Of a DNA stretch of 64,000 bases, positions 1-10,569 are shown piece by piece. Source of the DNA: Armatimonadota bacterium (GTDB lineage: Bacteria; Armatimonadota; SYMT01); NCBI GenBank assembly GCA_041690135.1, contig JAWLHY010000019.1, positions 1 through 64,000 of the forward strand, read 5' to 3'. The translations under genes and the position numbers were made by a program. The notes beneath the pieces are model-generated. The model was not told the DNA's origin, did no database searches, and saw only the letters and a program-made list of their open reading frames with translations. Within the stretch, counting starts at the first letter, position 1, and each line of letters opens with the position of its first letter.

Positions 1-177
1 CGCCACTTGGCTGGGGGTCCTCAAACGTCCTCGCCAACCGAAAAGAGCTCCCCCGGACCCCTTGACATCCTCGTCAGGAGCTTAACTTGATGCCGATGGG
101 ATAAGGATAAAGAAACGCGGTTTGAGCGATACTTTGCCGGTATCGTAACCGAAGACGGGGCGAGCGGGAGGAAGACC

Positions 178-1290
178 GTGCGACGACGAGACTTGTTGCT
201 GGCGGGAATGATATTTGGCGCGAATGCGGCGCCGTTTCGGGGCGAGGCTGCTGCCCCGCCCCGCCGAACCGAAAACGTGGTGCTGGTACTGATTGACGGC
301 CTACGCTGGCAGGAAGTTTTCACGGGGGCCGACGCTGCTCTACTGAACAAGGAAAGCGGCGGAGTAGCGGATGTTGAAGGGCTCCGCGGGAGGTTCTGGC
401 GAGAAACGCCGGAGGCGCGGCGGGAGGCCTTGATGCCGTTTCTCTGGAATACGGTCGCCCGGCAGGGAATCCTGTATGGTAACCGGAACCTGGGGAGCCG
501 GATGCACGTAACCAACCCCCACCACTTTTCCTACCCCGGCTATAGCGAGATGATCATGGGGTTCTTCGATCCTCGCATCGACAGTAACAAGAAGATCCCG
601 AACCCGAACCTGACGGTACTGGAGTGGCTGCACCAAAAGCCTCGCTATCGGGGCAAAGTGGCGGCATTCGGCGCGTGGGACGTGGTTCCATACATCGTGA
701 ACCGGGATCGCTGCGGCTTTTTTGTGAACGCGGCCTTCGAGCCGGTAGCCCTGGGTAAAGTCAGCGACCGTCAGGCACTACTGAACGAACTGAAGCAGGG
801 AATGACCCATCCCTGGAACTGGGGCCCGCAAGACGCCATCCTTTTCCACTCCGCTCGCGAATACCTCAAAACCAACCGGCCGCGGGTGCTCTGGATGACG
901 TTCGGCGAAACGGACGAGTGGGCTCACGAACGCCGGTATGACCGCTATCTGGAAACAGCCCGGCTGAATGACGACTCCCTCCGAACACTCTGGGAGACGC
1001 TGCAGTCGCTCCCCCAGTACCGCAACCGCACTACCCTGCTGGTGGGCGTGGACCACGGTCGTGGACGCACGCCGCAGGACTGGACTTCCCACGGCGCGAA
1101 GTACCCCGGCGCGGATGAGGTGTGGCTGGCGGCTCTGGGACCCGACACACCGGCATTGGGCGAACGTCCTAAGTCGACGGCGATCACCCAGAGCCAGATC
1201 GCCGCCACGGTAGCTGCGGCACTGGGTGAGGACTATCGTGGCGCAGTCCCGAAAGCCGGTGCGCCCATTGACGAGGTTCTGAGCCGGTAG
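178..1290 (+). CDS. Alkaline phosphatase superfamily (phosphoglyceromutase/AP-like) metalloenzyme, probably exported
   Basis: N-terminal MRRRDLL plus a hydrophobic stretch (Tat-like); VVLVLIDGLRWQE, SYPGYSE, GETDEWAH, DHGRG and WTSHG motifs. Confidence 0.8.
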   Translation: MRRRDLLLAGMIFGANAAPFRGEAAAPPRRTENVVLVLIDGLRWQEVFTGADAALLNKESGGVADVEGLRGRFWRETPEARREALMPFLWNTVARQGILYGNRNLGSRMHVTNPHHFSYPGYSEMIMGFFDPRIDSNKKIPNPNLTVLEWLHQKPRYRGKVAAFGAWDVVPYIVNRDRCGFFVNAAFEPVALGKVSDRQALLNELKQGMTHPWNWGPQDAILFHSAREYLKTNRPRVLWMTFGETDEWAHERRYDRYLETARLNDDSLRTLWETLQSLPQYRNRTTLLVGVDHGRGRTPQDWTSHGAKYPGADEVWLAALGPDTPALGERPKSTAITQSQIAATVAAALGEDYRGAVPKAGAPIDEVLSR

Positions 1291-1345
1291 CGTGCCCCGG
1301 CACCCGGAGTGGCATGCCGGTGGCTCTTCGGTGCATCCGCCGCCA

Positions 1346-2092
1346 TCACTCCGGCAAGGGGTCCGACGGCGAGAATTTGATGGGTGGTAGGTCCCGGACA
1401 GCCCGACGCAGCGACTGTTCCCACCGTCTCCGGATCTGTTTAAGATCCGGCGCGCCCTCCTCGAAGCGCCGATACCGTTTGATCGCAAACTCATCGGCCA
1501 CATACGTCAGCAAGTCGATGGGCGGACCCACAGTGGCATTGGAGCGCATGGTCGAGTCGAACGAAATCAGTGCGTACTTGGCCGCCTCTTCCAGGGAAGT
1601 CTCGTGGTATCGCACGCCCCGGTCGAGAATCGGACGGCCGTACTTGGATTCGCCGATCTGGATGAAGGGAGAGTCGGGAGTCGCCATCAACGGATTTCCC
1701 TGCGGGTAGATCAGGTAAAGCGCGGGCGGTCCGCCCTGGATCTGTCCTCCCAGCAGCACGTTGATGTTGAAGTGGAAGTGATCCCTCTCCAGGGACTCCC
1801 GATCGAGTGCCGCCAAATTGCGGATCTGGGTGCCGATGGTCCGAGCCGCATCGTACATCGTGGGCGCCGCGGCGAGGCCGGCTTCCTGTTCGAACTCCCG
1901 GCGCAGTAGCGTGACTACCGACTGCGAGAGAGACAGGCTACCACTGGTCAGGAGGACCAGCACCCGGCTGCCTTCTTTCACGAAGGTGTGCATTTTCCGG
2001 CAGGCGTTCACCATGTCGATGCCGGAGTTGGTGCGGGAATCCGAACCCAGTACCAGCCCTTCATGGGTCATGATGCCGACGCAGTAGGTCAT
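1346..2092 (-). CDS. Anbu proteasome-type protease (Ntn hydrolase)
   Basis: Start reassigned to the ATG at 2092, giving M-TYCVGI (Thr1 nucleophile); SDSRTNSG, LIYPQGN, QIGESKYGRPILDR and STMRSNATVGPPID are typical of Anbu. Confidence 0.92.
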   Translation of the reverse strand: MTYCVGIMTHEGLVLGSDSRTNSGIDMVNACRKMHTFVKEGSRVLVLLTSGSLSLSQSVVTLLRREFEQEAGLAAAPTMYDAARTIGTQIRNLAALDRESLERDHFHFNINVLLGGQIQGGPPALYLIYPQGNPLMATPDSPFIQIGESKYGRPILDRGVRYHETSLEEAAKYALISFDSTMRSNATVGPPIDLLTYVADEFAIKRYRRFEEGAPDLKQIRRRWEQSLRRAVRDLPPIKFSPSDPLPE

Positions 2093-2305
2093 TCCCCGTT
2101 CTCCCTTCGGCGGCCTTCGCCCATCCCCGCACCGCCGCAGGGTCAAGGCAGAAGCCGACGGGGATATTATCCTACGGCTACCTTAACCGGAACCGGCCGG
2201 GATCAGTTCGCGGTCTCTCCCCTGGGATGTGCCGTTTGCGGAAGAAGAGAGTCCGTTGCCGGAAAGGGTCCGCGCGAAGTAAGGAGCATTCTCCGCGCGG
2301 ACGCT

Positions 2306-3754
2306 CTAGCTCTTGGAACCCCCGCGTCGGCGCCGACGTCCGCCGGTGCCCGACCGCTGCCCCTCCCCGCCCGTGGGTTCCTCGGCGGGAGCGACCAACG
2401 GGGCGTGAAGGGTTTGCTGGTAGAAGTCGTCCAGGAGCATGGCGATGATGGCCGACTCTTCCTCACTTTCCGCCAGGCTGCGGCCCAATCCCACGAAGCG
2501 CTGGCTGCGCTCGGTGTGCAGCTTGTCCCGCTCGCGCAGCCGCGCCTCTAGCAGGGCGGTGATCCGTTCGGAGACAACGGCCTCGACGTCCTCGTCCGTG
2601 GGAAGGGGGCGCTCCTGAAGATCGATGCCGTACTTTTTGGCAATGTCCTTGAGCGCCAACCGCTCCATGCCACTGACCAGGGTGATGGCTACCCCGCTCG
2701 CTCCCGCCCGTCCCGTCCGTCCGGCGCGGTGGATATAAGCTTCGGGGTCTTCCGGCGGTTCGTGCTGGAATACGTGCGAAAGCTCGGGCACGTCCAGTCC
2801 CCGTGCGGCGACATCGGTCGCTACCAGGAAGCGCAGCGTGCCTTTGCGGACGCGCTCCAACACCCGTTCCCGGTCTTTCTGGGAGAGATCCGCGGTCAGC
2901 TCATCCGCATCGTAGCCGAAGCGCTGCAGCACAACCGTGATGTAATGCACGCGCGCCTTGGTGTTGCAGAAGATGATGCCGGAAGCCGGGTTTTCGATCT
3001 CGATGAGGCGGACCAAGCTGCGGTCTTTATCGATGCCGGGCACTTCGTAGTACAGGTGGTCGATGGTATTAACGTGTACCTGGCCCTGGCTGAGAGTAAG
3101 GAATTCGGGTTCCGGAATGAACTCACGCGCCGTGCGCAGGACGTAACTGGGAAACGTCGCCGAGAACATGCACGACTGAAACCCCCCGGCCGGCAGGTGG
3201 CGCTGCAGCCGCTTCATGTCCGGGTAGAAGCCCATCGACAACATACGGTCCGCCTCATCGAAGATGATGATCTTCAGGTGCTTCAGGGACAGGTGGCGCT
3301 TCAGGAGGAGATCGAGGGTGCGCCCGGGGGTGCCAATGACGATCTGGGCGCCCTGTCGCAGGGCCTCGATCTGCGCGCCGTATCCCACGCCGCCATAAAC
3401 CACCGCGGATTTGAAGCCCGCACCGGCACAAAGCGTTTGCGCGTCGTGCTCTACCTGCCGGGCTAATTCGCGGGTCGGCACCAGGATCAGGGCCTGGCAC
3501 TCAGCCTGCGTGGAGTCCAGGCGTTCCAGGAGAGGAAGGAGAAAGGCGCCGGTTTTACCGCTTCCGGTGCGGGCCTGGACGATCAGGTCGCGGCCAGCCA
3601 GGAGATGCGGGATGGCCCGAGCCTGAACGGGCATCAAAGACCCCCACCCCGCGCTCCCGGCGGCCGTGCGTAGGGTTTCCGGGAGCTCTTCCAGCGTCAC
3701 TTCCGGCAAGGAACTCTCCGGATGGCCAGTGGTGGGTTGAGTCTCTTCAGTCAA
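2306..3754 (-). CDS. DEAD-box RNA helicase
   Basis: ARTGSGKT, PTRELA, TPGR, DEAD, SAT, ARGLD and HRAGRTGR motifs; Arg-rich C-terminal tail. Confidence 0.95.
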   Translation of the reverse strand: MTEETQPTTGHPESSLPEVTLEELPETLRTAAGSAGWGSLMPVQARAIPHLLAGRDLIVQARTGSGKTGAFLLPLLERLDSTQAECQALILVPTRELARQVEHDAQTLCAGAGFKSAVVYGGVGYGAQIEALRQGAQIVIGTPGRTLDLLLKRHLSLKHLKIIIFDEADRMLSMGFYPDMKRLQRHLPAGGFQSCMFSATFPSYVLRTAREFIPEPEFLTLSQGQVHVNTIDHLYYEVPGIDKDRSLVRLIEIENPASGIIFCNTKARVHYITVVLQRFGYDADELTADLSQKDRERVLERVRKGTLRFLVATDVAARGLDVPELSHVFQHEPPEDPEAYIHRAGRTGRAGASGVAITLVSGMERLALKDIAKKYGIDLQERPLPTDEDVEAVVSERITALLEARLRERDKLHTERSQRFVGLGRSLAESEEESAIIAMLLDDFYQQTLHAPLVAPAEEPTGGEGQRSGTGGRRRRRGGSKS

Positions 3755-3906
3755 CGGGCTTCTACCTCATATTTCAAACGTTGGAGTAAACAATTGTATC
3801 TCCGGCACCCAAAGGGCCGGTATTAGCAGCTCCGCAGTGGGGTAGTTCTACAGTCGATAAGTGGGATGGACATCCGCTGTCCCCACCCTTTGGCCAGAGA
3901 TTGCCC

Positions 3907-4608
3907 ATGCAACCTGTCTCCAACGAACCTGGCGTCCTCCAAACCACCGCCGGTGAGTTTCCGCTTCACGAGTACCACCTCCGGTGTGAGGGGCGGGAAT
4001 GGAAGATTCAACATACCGGAATGATTCTCACTCACGAAGATGAGCGCCGCTATCTTCGGGAAACCGCCAACCCCCTCCCCTATGGCGTAGCGTTGTGGCC
4101 GGCGTCGATCGCACTGGCTCACGAGATTGCGTCCCGGGGGGATGAATTGAAGGGCGGAAGCGTACTGGAACTCGGCGCCGGAACCGGACTGCCGGGGATC
4201 GTCGCCGCCTCGCTCGGGGCACGGGTACTACAGACGGACCGGCACGAACTCGCACTCTCCGTGTGCCGCCGAAACAGCGAGGGAAACGGGGTCTCCGGAG
4301 TCGAGCACCGGCTTGCGGACTGGACGGATTGGCACGAGGAAGACCACTATCAGTGGATCCTGGGTTCGGACGTGCTCTATGCGGACACACTCCACCCCCA
4401 CCTCCGGCACATCTTCAACCGAAACCTGGCTCCGGAGGGGAGAGTGCTGCTGGCGGATCCCTTCCGCACCACCAGTTGGCCGTTGCTGGAAGCGTTGGAA
4501 GCGGATGGCTGGGAAATCCGGGTGAGCCGCTGGAAGCTTGGGGACGAGGCTGGTTCACGGGTAGTCGGCGTCTTCGAACTCAGCCACGGCGAAAGCGGCC
4601 CCGGTTAG
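3907..4608 (+). CDS. SAM-dependent methyltransferase, family 16 (METTL21-like putative protein methyltransferase)
   Basis: PYGVALWPASIALA, VLELGAGTGLPG and GSDVLY motifs; ATG at 3907. Confidence 0.8.
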   Translation: MQPVSNEPGVLQTTAGEFPLHEYHLRCEGREWKIQHTGMILTHEDERRYLRETANPLPYGVALWPASIALAHEIASRGDELKGGSVLELGAGTGLPGIVAASLGARVLQTDRHELALSVCRRNSEGNGVSGVEHRLADWTDWHEEDHYQWILGSDVLYADTLHPHLRHIFNRNLAPEGRVLLADPFRTTSWPLLEALEADGWEIRVSRWKLGDEAGSRVVGVFELSHGESGPG

Positions 4609-4847
4609 GCCAAGATGGGTCATTGTCGGCATCCGCATCCGAAGAGAACGCACCTGCTGGGTAATCCGGAACAGGAGGATTCCGGCTCCAGCGTGTGTAA
4701 CCGGGTAAGCGTCCCTCAAGTGTACATTTTCCGGCGCGACGACGAATAGGCCTCCATTTGCTTGCCTGAAATGTCGGACGACTGGAATCGGGTTATACCG
4801 GTGGGGAGCCGGGGAACCGGCCGTACGAAAGAGATGCTGGGCGATCG

Positions 4848-7838
4848 ATGGCGACTGGACAGGGCAACTTGAAGGAGAGCTCCGACCAACCCCGATTGTG
4901 GGGGTTTTCCGCAATCCCGCCCCAGGAGAACTCTCCCAAGGTCGCCGCGGAGAGGGGCGAAACCATCGAGGACTCCCTCCTGACGCTGGCGCAGCGCCTC
5001 TTTCAGGCGGATGCCTACGCACTCTGGCGCTACTTCCCGGAAAAAGGCGATTGGGAAGTAGTGGCCGATGCCGGGCTTTCGGAGGGGTATTCGCGCAGCA
5101 TTTCTCGCTACAGCGGCGTGATGCCCAGTCAGGTGCTCGTTTTCGAGGACGTGATGGATGCTCCGATGCTGGAATCCCGGCGCGCCGGTTATGAAAGTGA
5201 AGGCATCCGTTCCCTACTGTGCGCACCGCTGCGACTGCACGGAACGTTTTCCGCCTACGTCACCTTTTACTTTCGGCAATCCCGGACGTTTTCGCACGAG
5301 GACGTCCTGTCCGCCACCGCGCTGGGTAACCTGGCCGCCTCCGCGATCAGTTCAGCCGAGTTGCACCAGCAACAGCAGGCGCTGCGGGAGACGGCACAGA
5401 CAGCTCAACGGCGCTCTGCCTTCATGGCGGAGGCCAGCCGGATTCTCGCCTCTTCCCTCGACTATGAGACGACGCTCGCTCACGTGGCCCAACTCGTGGT
5501 GCCCCACCTGGCGGATTGGTTTACCGTCCACCTCAAAGAGGGCGAGGCGCTGCGGCAGGTAGCTGTGGGGCACGTGGACCCGGACAAGATCGAGTGGGCG
5601 CGCGAAGTCCACCGGCGGTTCCCTCCCAATCCCAACGCTCCGCGAGGGCTCGCCCAGGTGGTGCGGACGGGAAAGACCGAGCTCTATCACGAGATTACCG
5701 ACGAGATGCTGGTGCAGGCGACCCGCGATCCGGAGTACCTGCAGATCCTGCGGAATCTGGGGTTCACCTCCGTCCTCATGGTGCCGCTTCGGGCGCGGGA
5801 CGAAGTGCTCGGGGCGATCACCTTGATTGCCGCCGAGTCCCGATTGCGCTACGAACCCCAGGACATGGAAATTGCCGAGGATCTCGCGCAGCGTATCGCC
5901 ACGGCCATCGACAATGCTCGCCTTTATCGTCGCGCCGTAGAAGCGGTGGATGCGCTGACGGTTAGCGAGGCACGGTTTCGGCGCCTCGTCGAGTCCAATA
6001 TCGTCGGGATCAGCTTCGGGACATTGGATGGGACGATCCGCGAAGCGAATGACGCCTTCCTCAAGTTGCTCGGCTACACCGTCGAAGAACTGCACGCGGG
6101 CGCCCTCAAATGGGACGCGCTGGTCCCGCCGGACCAGGAGGCCGTTGCGGGTAATGCTGCGCAGGAACTGCTCACTACGGGGGTATGCGCCGCCTATGAG
6201 ACGGAGTTGGTCCGTCGGGACGGCTCGCGGGTAGCGGTTCTGGTGGGCGGGGCACGTCTGGACGATCCCGATCTGGACGGTGTCGCCTTCGTCATGGATC
6301 TGACCGAACGCAAGCGCCTGGAAGGAAGTGCGCTCCAACTGGCTTCGATCGTGGCGACCACCGACGACGCGATCATCAGCAAGGACCTGAACGGTGTGGT
6401 CCGCAGTTGGAACCAGGCCGCGGAACGGCTCTTCGGCTACACGGCGGCTGAGATCGTGGGGCACCCCATGGCGGTCCTCTTCCCCCCCGACCTGGCTGGC
6501 GAGGAGCCGGAGATCTTGCGGCGCCTGCGGCAGGGTGAGCGAATCCAAACCTTTGAGACGGTGCGCCGCCACAAAGGCGGGCACGACATCCCGGTTTCCG
6601 TGACGATCTCGCCCGTGCGGGACGGTGCCGGAAAGGTTGTGGGGGCATCCCACATCGCGAGGGATATCACTCGCCAGAAGGCGCTCCAGGAAGAGTTACA
6701 GCAGAAAATCCAGGACCTGGCGACGGCGCACCGGCAAAAGGACCAATTCCTCGCCATGCTCGCGCATGAACTGCGGAACCCCCTGGCCTCGATCAGCAAT
6801 GCCGTCCAGGTGCTGGACCGGAGCCGTCCCGGAGAGCCGGCCTTCACGCGCGCGTTGGACGTGGCACGTCGCCAGGTGAACCAGCAGCGCCGAATTGTGG
6901 ACGATCTGCTGGACGTGTCGCGCTTGACCCAGGGTCGCATTGAATTGCGGCGGGAACGCGTGGAGCTCGGCTCACTCCTTCGCGAGGTGGCGGAGGATGT
7001 TCGCGAAGCGTGCCGGGAAAGCCGGTTGGCCCTTACGCTCGACCTTCCCGAAGAACCACTGTGGGTTGATGGCGATCGGGTGCGTCTGGCTCAGATTGTT
7101 GTCAACCTGCTGACTAATGCGATCAAGTACACGGATCCTGGGGGGACGGTCTCCCTCCGAGCGGTCCGGGATGCGCCGGGGCGAAGCGTTTCGGTGCTGG
7201 TCGAGGACAGCGGGATCGGCATCGACCCGGAGTTGCTCCCTCACTTATTCCAGGCGTTCAGCCAGGGGAAGCAGTCGCTCGCTCGCAGCCGTGGGGGGCT
7301 CGGCCTGGGGCTGGCGCTCGTGAAGGGCCTGGTGGAATTGCACGAGGGAGAGGTGTCCGTGAATTGTCGCGGTGTCGGTGAGGGCTCTCTCTTCACGTTA
7401 AGCCTGCCCCTTTCCGGAGAACCGCCGGTTCCCACGGCTTCCTCCCGGACGGAAGATGCCCGTCCGTGTCGGGTTCTGGTGATTGAAGATCTGCGAGACG
7501 CCGCGGACACCCTTCACGACCTACTGGAGTACGCCGGGCACCAGGCCGAGGTAGCTTACACCGGCGCCGAGGGTCTGGAGGCGCTTACGTTATTCCTTCC
7601 CGAGGTGGTCCTGTGCGATATCGGGCTTCCAGGAATGGACGGATACGACGTGGCACGCCGTATCCGGGAAATGCCGGAGGGTCGCAACGTCCTCCTGGTA
7701 GCGCTCACCGGCTACGGCCAACCCCAGGACCGCGACCTGGCCCGGGCCGCGGGCTTCGACCACCACCTGCTCAAGCCGGTCGATCCGCCCGTCCTCTTCG
7801 ACCTGTTGGCCACCCGGACACCACGTCCCGGTGGTTGA
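4848..7838 (+). CDS. Cytoplasmic hybrid sensor histidine kinase (GAF-GAF-PAS-PAS-HisKA-HATPase-REC)
   Basis: FLAMLAHELRNPL H-box, NLLTNAIKYT N-box, DSGIGI, GGLGLGL, receiver CDIGLPGMDG...KP; no transmembrane segment. Confidence 0.93.
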   Translation: MATGQGNLKESSDQPRLWGFSAIPPQENSPKVAAERGETIEDSLLTLAQRLFQADAYALWRYFPEKGDWEVVADAGLSEGYSRSISRYSGVMPSQVLVFEDVMDAPMLESRRAGYESEGIRSLLCAPLRLHGTFSAYVTFYFRQSRTFSHEDVLSATALGNLAASAISSAELHQQQQALRETAQTAQRRSAFMAEASRILASSLDYETTLAHVAQLVVPHLADWFTVHLKEGEALRQVAVGHVDPDKIEWAREVHRRFPPNPNAPRGLAQVVRTGKTELYHEITDEMLVQATRDPEYLQILRNLGFTSVLMVPLRARDEVLGAITLIAAESRLRYEPQDMEIAEDLAQRIATAIDNARLYRRAVEAVDALTVSEARFRRLVESNIVGISFGTLDGTIREANDAFLKLLGYTVEELHAGALKWDALVPPDQEAVAGNAAQELLTTGVCAAYETELVRRDGSRVAVLVGGARLDDPDLDGVAFVMDLTERKRLEGSALQLASIVATTDDAIISKDLNGVVRSWNQAAERLFGYTAAEIVGHPMAVLFPPDLAGEEPEILRRLRQGERIQTFETVRRHKGGHDIPVSVTISPVRDGAGKVVGASHIARDITRQKALQEELQQKIQDLATAHRQKDQFLAMLAHELRNPLASISNAVQVLDRSRPGEPAFTRALDVARRQVNQQRRIVDDLLDVSRLTQGRIELRRERVELGSLLREVAEDVREACRESRLALTLDLPEEPLWVDGDRVRLAQIVVNLLTNAIKYTDPGGTVSLRAVRDAPGRSVSVLVEDSGIGIDPELLPHLFQAFSQGKQSLARSRGGLGLGLALVKGLVELHEGEVSVNCRGVGEGSLFTLSLPLSGEPPVPTASSRTEDARPCRVLVIEDLRDAADTLHDLLEYAGHQAEVAYTGAEGLEALTLFLPEVVLCDIGLPGMDGYDVARRIREMPEGRNVLLVALTGYGQPQDRDLARAAGFDHHLLKPVDPPVLFDLLATRTPRPGG

Positions 7839-7857
7839 TGCCAGGGTCCTTACCCGG

Positions 7858-10257
7858 TTAAAACGTTGCCTTCGCCTCCACCTCGGACAGACTCTGGAGC
7901 ACGTTCTCATACGTCTCCCACTGCAGGAGCGGCTCCTCTTTGCGGCGACCCGAAGCAATGTCCTGGACAACGGCAGCCGCACCGGAGGCCTCGTACACCC
8001 TCACCCGCTTCTCACGGCCATCGGCCAGGCGAATCACGAGGGTGGCCGTGGCCGGAACGTAGAACCGGTTGCCCTCCCCTAATGGCCGGGACAGCAGTTT
8101 TCGGGCGGAAGGTGCGTCCGGCCAAGTATCCCAGGCCTCGACTGTTGCCTTATCCCGGTCCACATCCGCAATTCCCGTCACCGTCAGCGTGACGCGGGAG
8201 CGCGCCGGCTCGGGCGCTTTCCAGGCGGGAGCCGCGGCATAGAAGGCGGAGGTCATGGCCCAGCCCTTGCGGCTGACGGCGCGCACCGCCACCCAGTCCC
8301 AGTCGCCCTGGGGTTTCCAGGTGAATGTTTCCTCGGCATCGCCCGCTTTCACCGGCCGCGCCTCCAATGGCTTGCCGTGTGCCCACAACTCCACGCGTTG
8401 CAGGGGATCGTCATCATCGCGACGGGCCCAGGCTCGCGCCCGGAGGCGGTACTGCTTGCCGGTCGTCACCCGCGTACCGGGAAGCTTCCCCTCCAGGTCG
8501 GCAAGAAGGATCGGGCCGGTGGAGACCACGGTCCGTCCCAGCCGGATTCCCTCCGCCAGCCCTTCCGCCGTGGGGCCTTCGGGGCTCTGGACGTAGAGCC
8601 GCATCCGACCTGGCAAGCTGCCCACGGGACGGTCGAGGCAGAAATCCGCGCCGCCGGTGGCCGCGACTGGGTAGCCATGGTCCAGCAACAGCGACCAGAG
8701 TTGCAGCGCCTTATCCCCACCCTCGTTGATATTGACGCCGTCAATCAGGCCCGCTGCCAGGTCGAACGGCAATGCGGAATAAAGGTTAGTGTTGAACTTG
8801 CCGCCGCTCATCCACCAGCGCAGCGGGTGGTTGGTGAAGGTCGCGGCGCCGTTGGCCCGGATCGCTTTCAGCACCTCGTAATTGTGCAAGCCGGCAGTCC
8901 CCGACCAGAACGCGCCGAACGACTCCTGATCCGGCCGCCGCAGCCCAATCATGCAGATATGGCCTTGCCGTGATTTGGGGCGTTCGTCCGTCCAGTAGAA
9001 CCGGTGGTCCGGCGCGCTGACCCGGCCCAGAATCTCGCTAAGCTCCCCCCACGTTCGGAAGGAAGGACTGCCCCAGGACCCGGCCGCCAGCCAGTCCATC
9101 CCCTGCGCCCGTCCGATGGTGACCGCGGTCTCCGCGCTCACGTCCGTGTAGATCCGCTCGCCGTGGTAGACGTCCCCATCAGCATCGCCCGCGTACCAGC
9201 CTTCACGGCGGAGGTCTACGGCCAGGCGTGGGCGGGACTCCTTAAGGCCCACCTCCTCGCCCGAACGAATGTCCACGTCCTTCACGACAGGCTCGTGATG
9301 GGCGCCGCGGAGCACGCGCACCCGCCAGTTACCGGGCGCCAACTCCATCTGCCAGGGCGGCTGGACGAAAAACCCCGGCATGGGTGTGTAACGCCCCGGC
9401 AGCGGCTTCCCCTCCCGGCTGACCTCCACGAATACGGGCGAGTCTCCTTCCTGCCCGACGCGCAGGCGCCCCGCGTAGGGATCCGGCACAGCCACGGCAG
9501 GCAATGGGGTACCGTCGACGCTCGCGACGATTCGGGTCTCGCCACACTCCGTCGCCGCGTAAGTCAGGGGGAACTCCGCGCGTCCACCGCGCAGCAGTAC
9601 GGCGGGCGGAACGGTTCCCCGGCTCGACGACAGGACCACTGCCGTGCCGTCCGGCCAATCGCCTTGGAGGCTGAGCTTCGCCGCTCTCCCTCCGCCGGCC
9701 CGGGGCAGCGGGGTAGCTACCTTGAGCCGCACGGTGTTACCGCGGGGGCCGCCTACCGATGCCAGGCGCGGGACCCCAGGGCGTACCGCATTCGGCGCCA
9801 CGACCCAGTACTTGTTCAGGAGGTGCAGAGAGAGGCGCACCGCTGTCGTGCCTTCCGGGGCTACCGCCGTCACCGCCAGGAGTTGCTCGGGCCGGGTGCC
9901 TTTCACCTCGCTCGAGCGGACGGTGCGGACCAGTTTTTCCCCCTGCAGGAACTGCAACTCCAACCAGGCACTGAAGAAGTCTGCGTGGAGAGGACTCCCG
10001 CCCCAATGCGTGGCAACCGGCAGAGACGCGGTGAACAACTCGCCTGGATGGGCAGGCGTCGCCGGGGACACCACGCTGACGGGACGGTAGTTGATGGGCG
10101 AAGTGAGTTCCTTTGCGCCCGTGCCCTCGCGCCACGCGGCGCCCTCAAGCGTCCAGCCATCCCATGCCGGAGCCACGGGGGTCGCGGCAACCGTGATAGG
10201 GTGGGCGCCGCCAACCAGGAGGCAAAGCAGTCCAAGCAGATACCGAGGGTAGGTCAT
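7858..10257 (-). CDS. Secreted CehA/McbA-like (PHP-fold) metallohydrolase with N-terminal beta domains
   Basis: Signal peptide from the ATG at 10257; GWYAGD, GHICMIG, FTNHP, LLDHGYPVAATGGADF and GRTVVSTGP patterns. Confidence 0.65.
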   Translation of the reverse strand: MTYPRYLLGLLCLLVGGAHPITVAATPVAPAWDGWTLEGAAWREGTGAKELTSPINYRPVSVVSPATPAHPGELFTASLPVATHWGGSPLHADFFSAWLELQFLQGEKLVRTVRSSEVKGTRPEQLLAVTAVAPEGTTAVRLSLHLLNKYWVVAPNAVRPGVPRLASVGGPRGNTVRLKVATPLPRAGGGRAAKLSLQGDWPDGTAVVLSSSRGTVPPAVLLRGGRAEFPLTYAATECGETRIVASVDGTPLPAVAVPDPYAGRLRVGQEGDSPVFVEVSREGKPLPGRYTPMPGFFVQPPWQMELAPGNWRVRVLRGAHHEPVVKDVDIRSGEEVGLKESRPRLAVDLRREGWYAGDADGDVYHGERIYTDVSAETAVTIGRAQGMDWLAAGSWGSPSFRTWGELSEILGRVSAPDHRFYWTDERPKSRQGHICMIGLRRPDQESFGAFWSGTAGLHNYEVLKAIRANGAATFTNHPLRWWMSGGKFNTNLYSALPFDLAAGLIDGVNINEGGDKALQLWSLLLDHGYPVAATGGADFCLDRPVGSLPGRMRLYVQSPEGPTAEGLAEGIRLGRTVVSTGPILLADLEGKLPGTRVTTGKQYRLRARAWARRDDDDPLQRVELWAHGKPLEARPVKAGDAEETFTWKPQGDWDWVAVRAVSRKGWAMTSAFYAAAPAWKAPEPARSRVTLTVTGIADVDRDKATVEAWDTWPDAPSARKLLSRPLGEGNRFYVPATATLVIRLADGREKRVRVYEASGAAAVVQDIASGRRKEEPLLQWETYENVLQSLSEVEAKATF

Positions 10258-10569
10258 TCTCACTCCAGATACGCGCACGCCAGACACACGCAGGGGCTCT
10301 CATGGATGAGACTGCCTAGGGACAGGAGAGTTGCAACTGGCATCCGGCAGCCCCAATCCAGGCCCCGCCGTGGGGCCTTGGTCATCAGCAGAGTGCCTCG
10401 GTAAGCTTGCCAGAACCAATCACTAGGTAGTGAGAATTACTATTGTGGAGCCTTTCCAGGCACGGTGCATGCATCGAAGCCACCGATTCACTTTCGCGCC
10501 GCGGCAGACGTCTCCGTTCCCCAAAAGGAGGGCTGGAGTGCAGCAAGCCGATCGCAAGAGGTCGACGGT

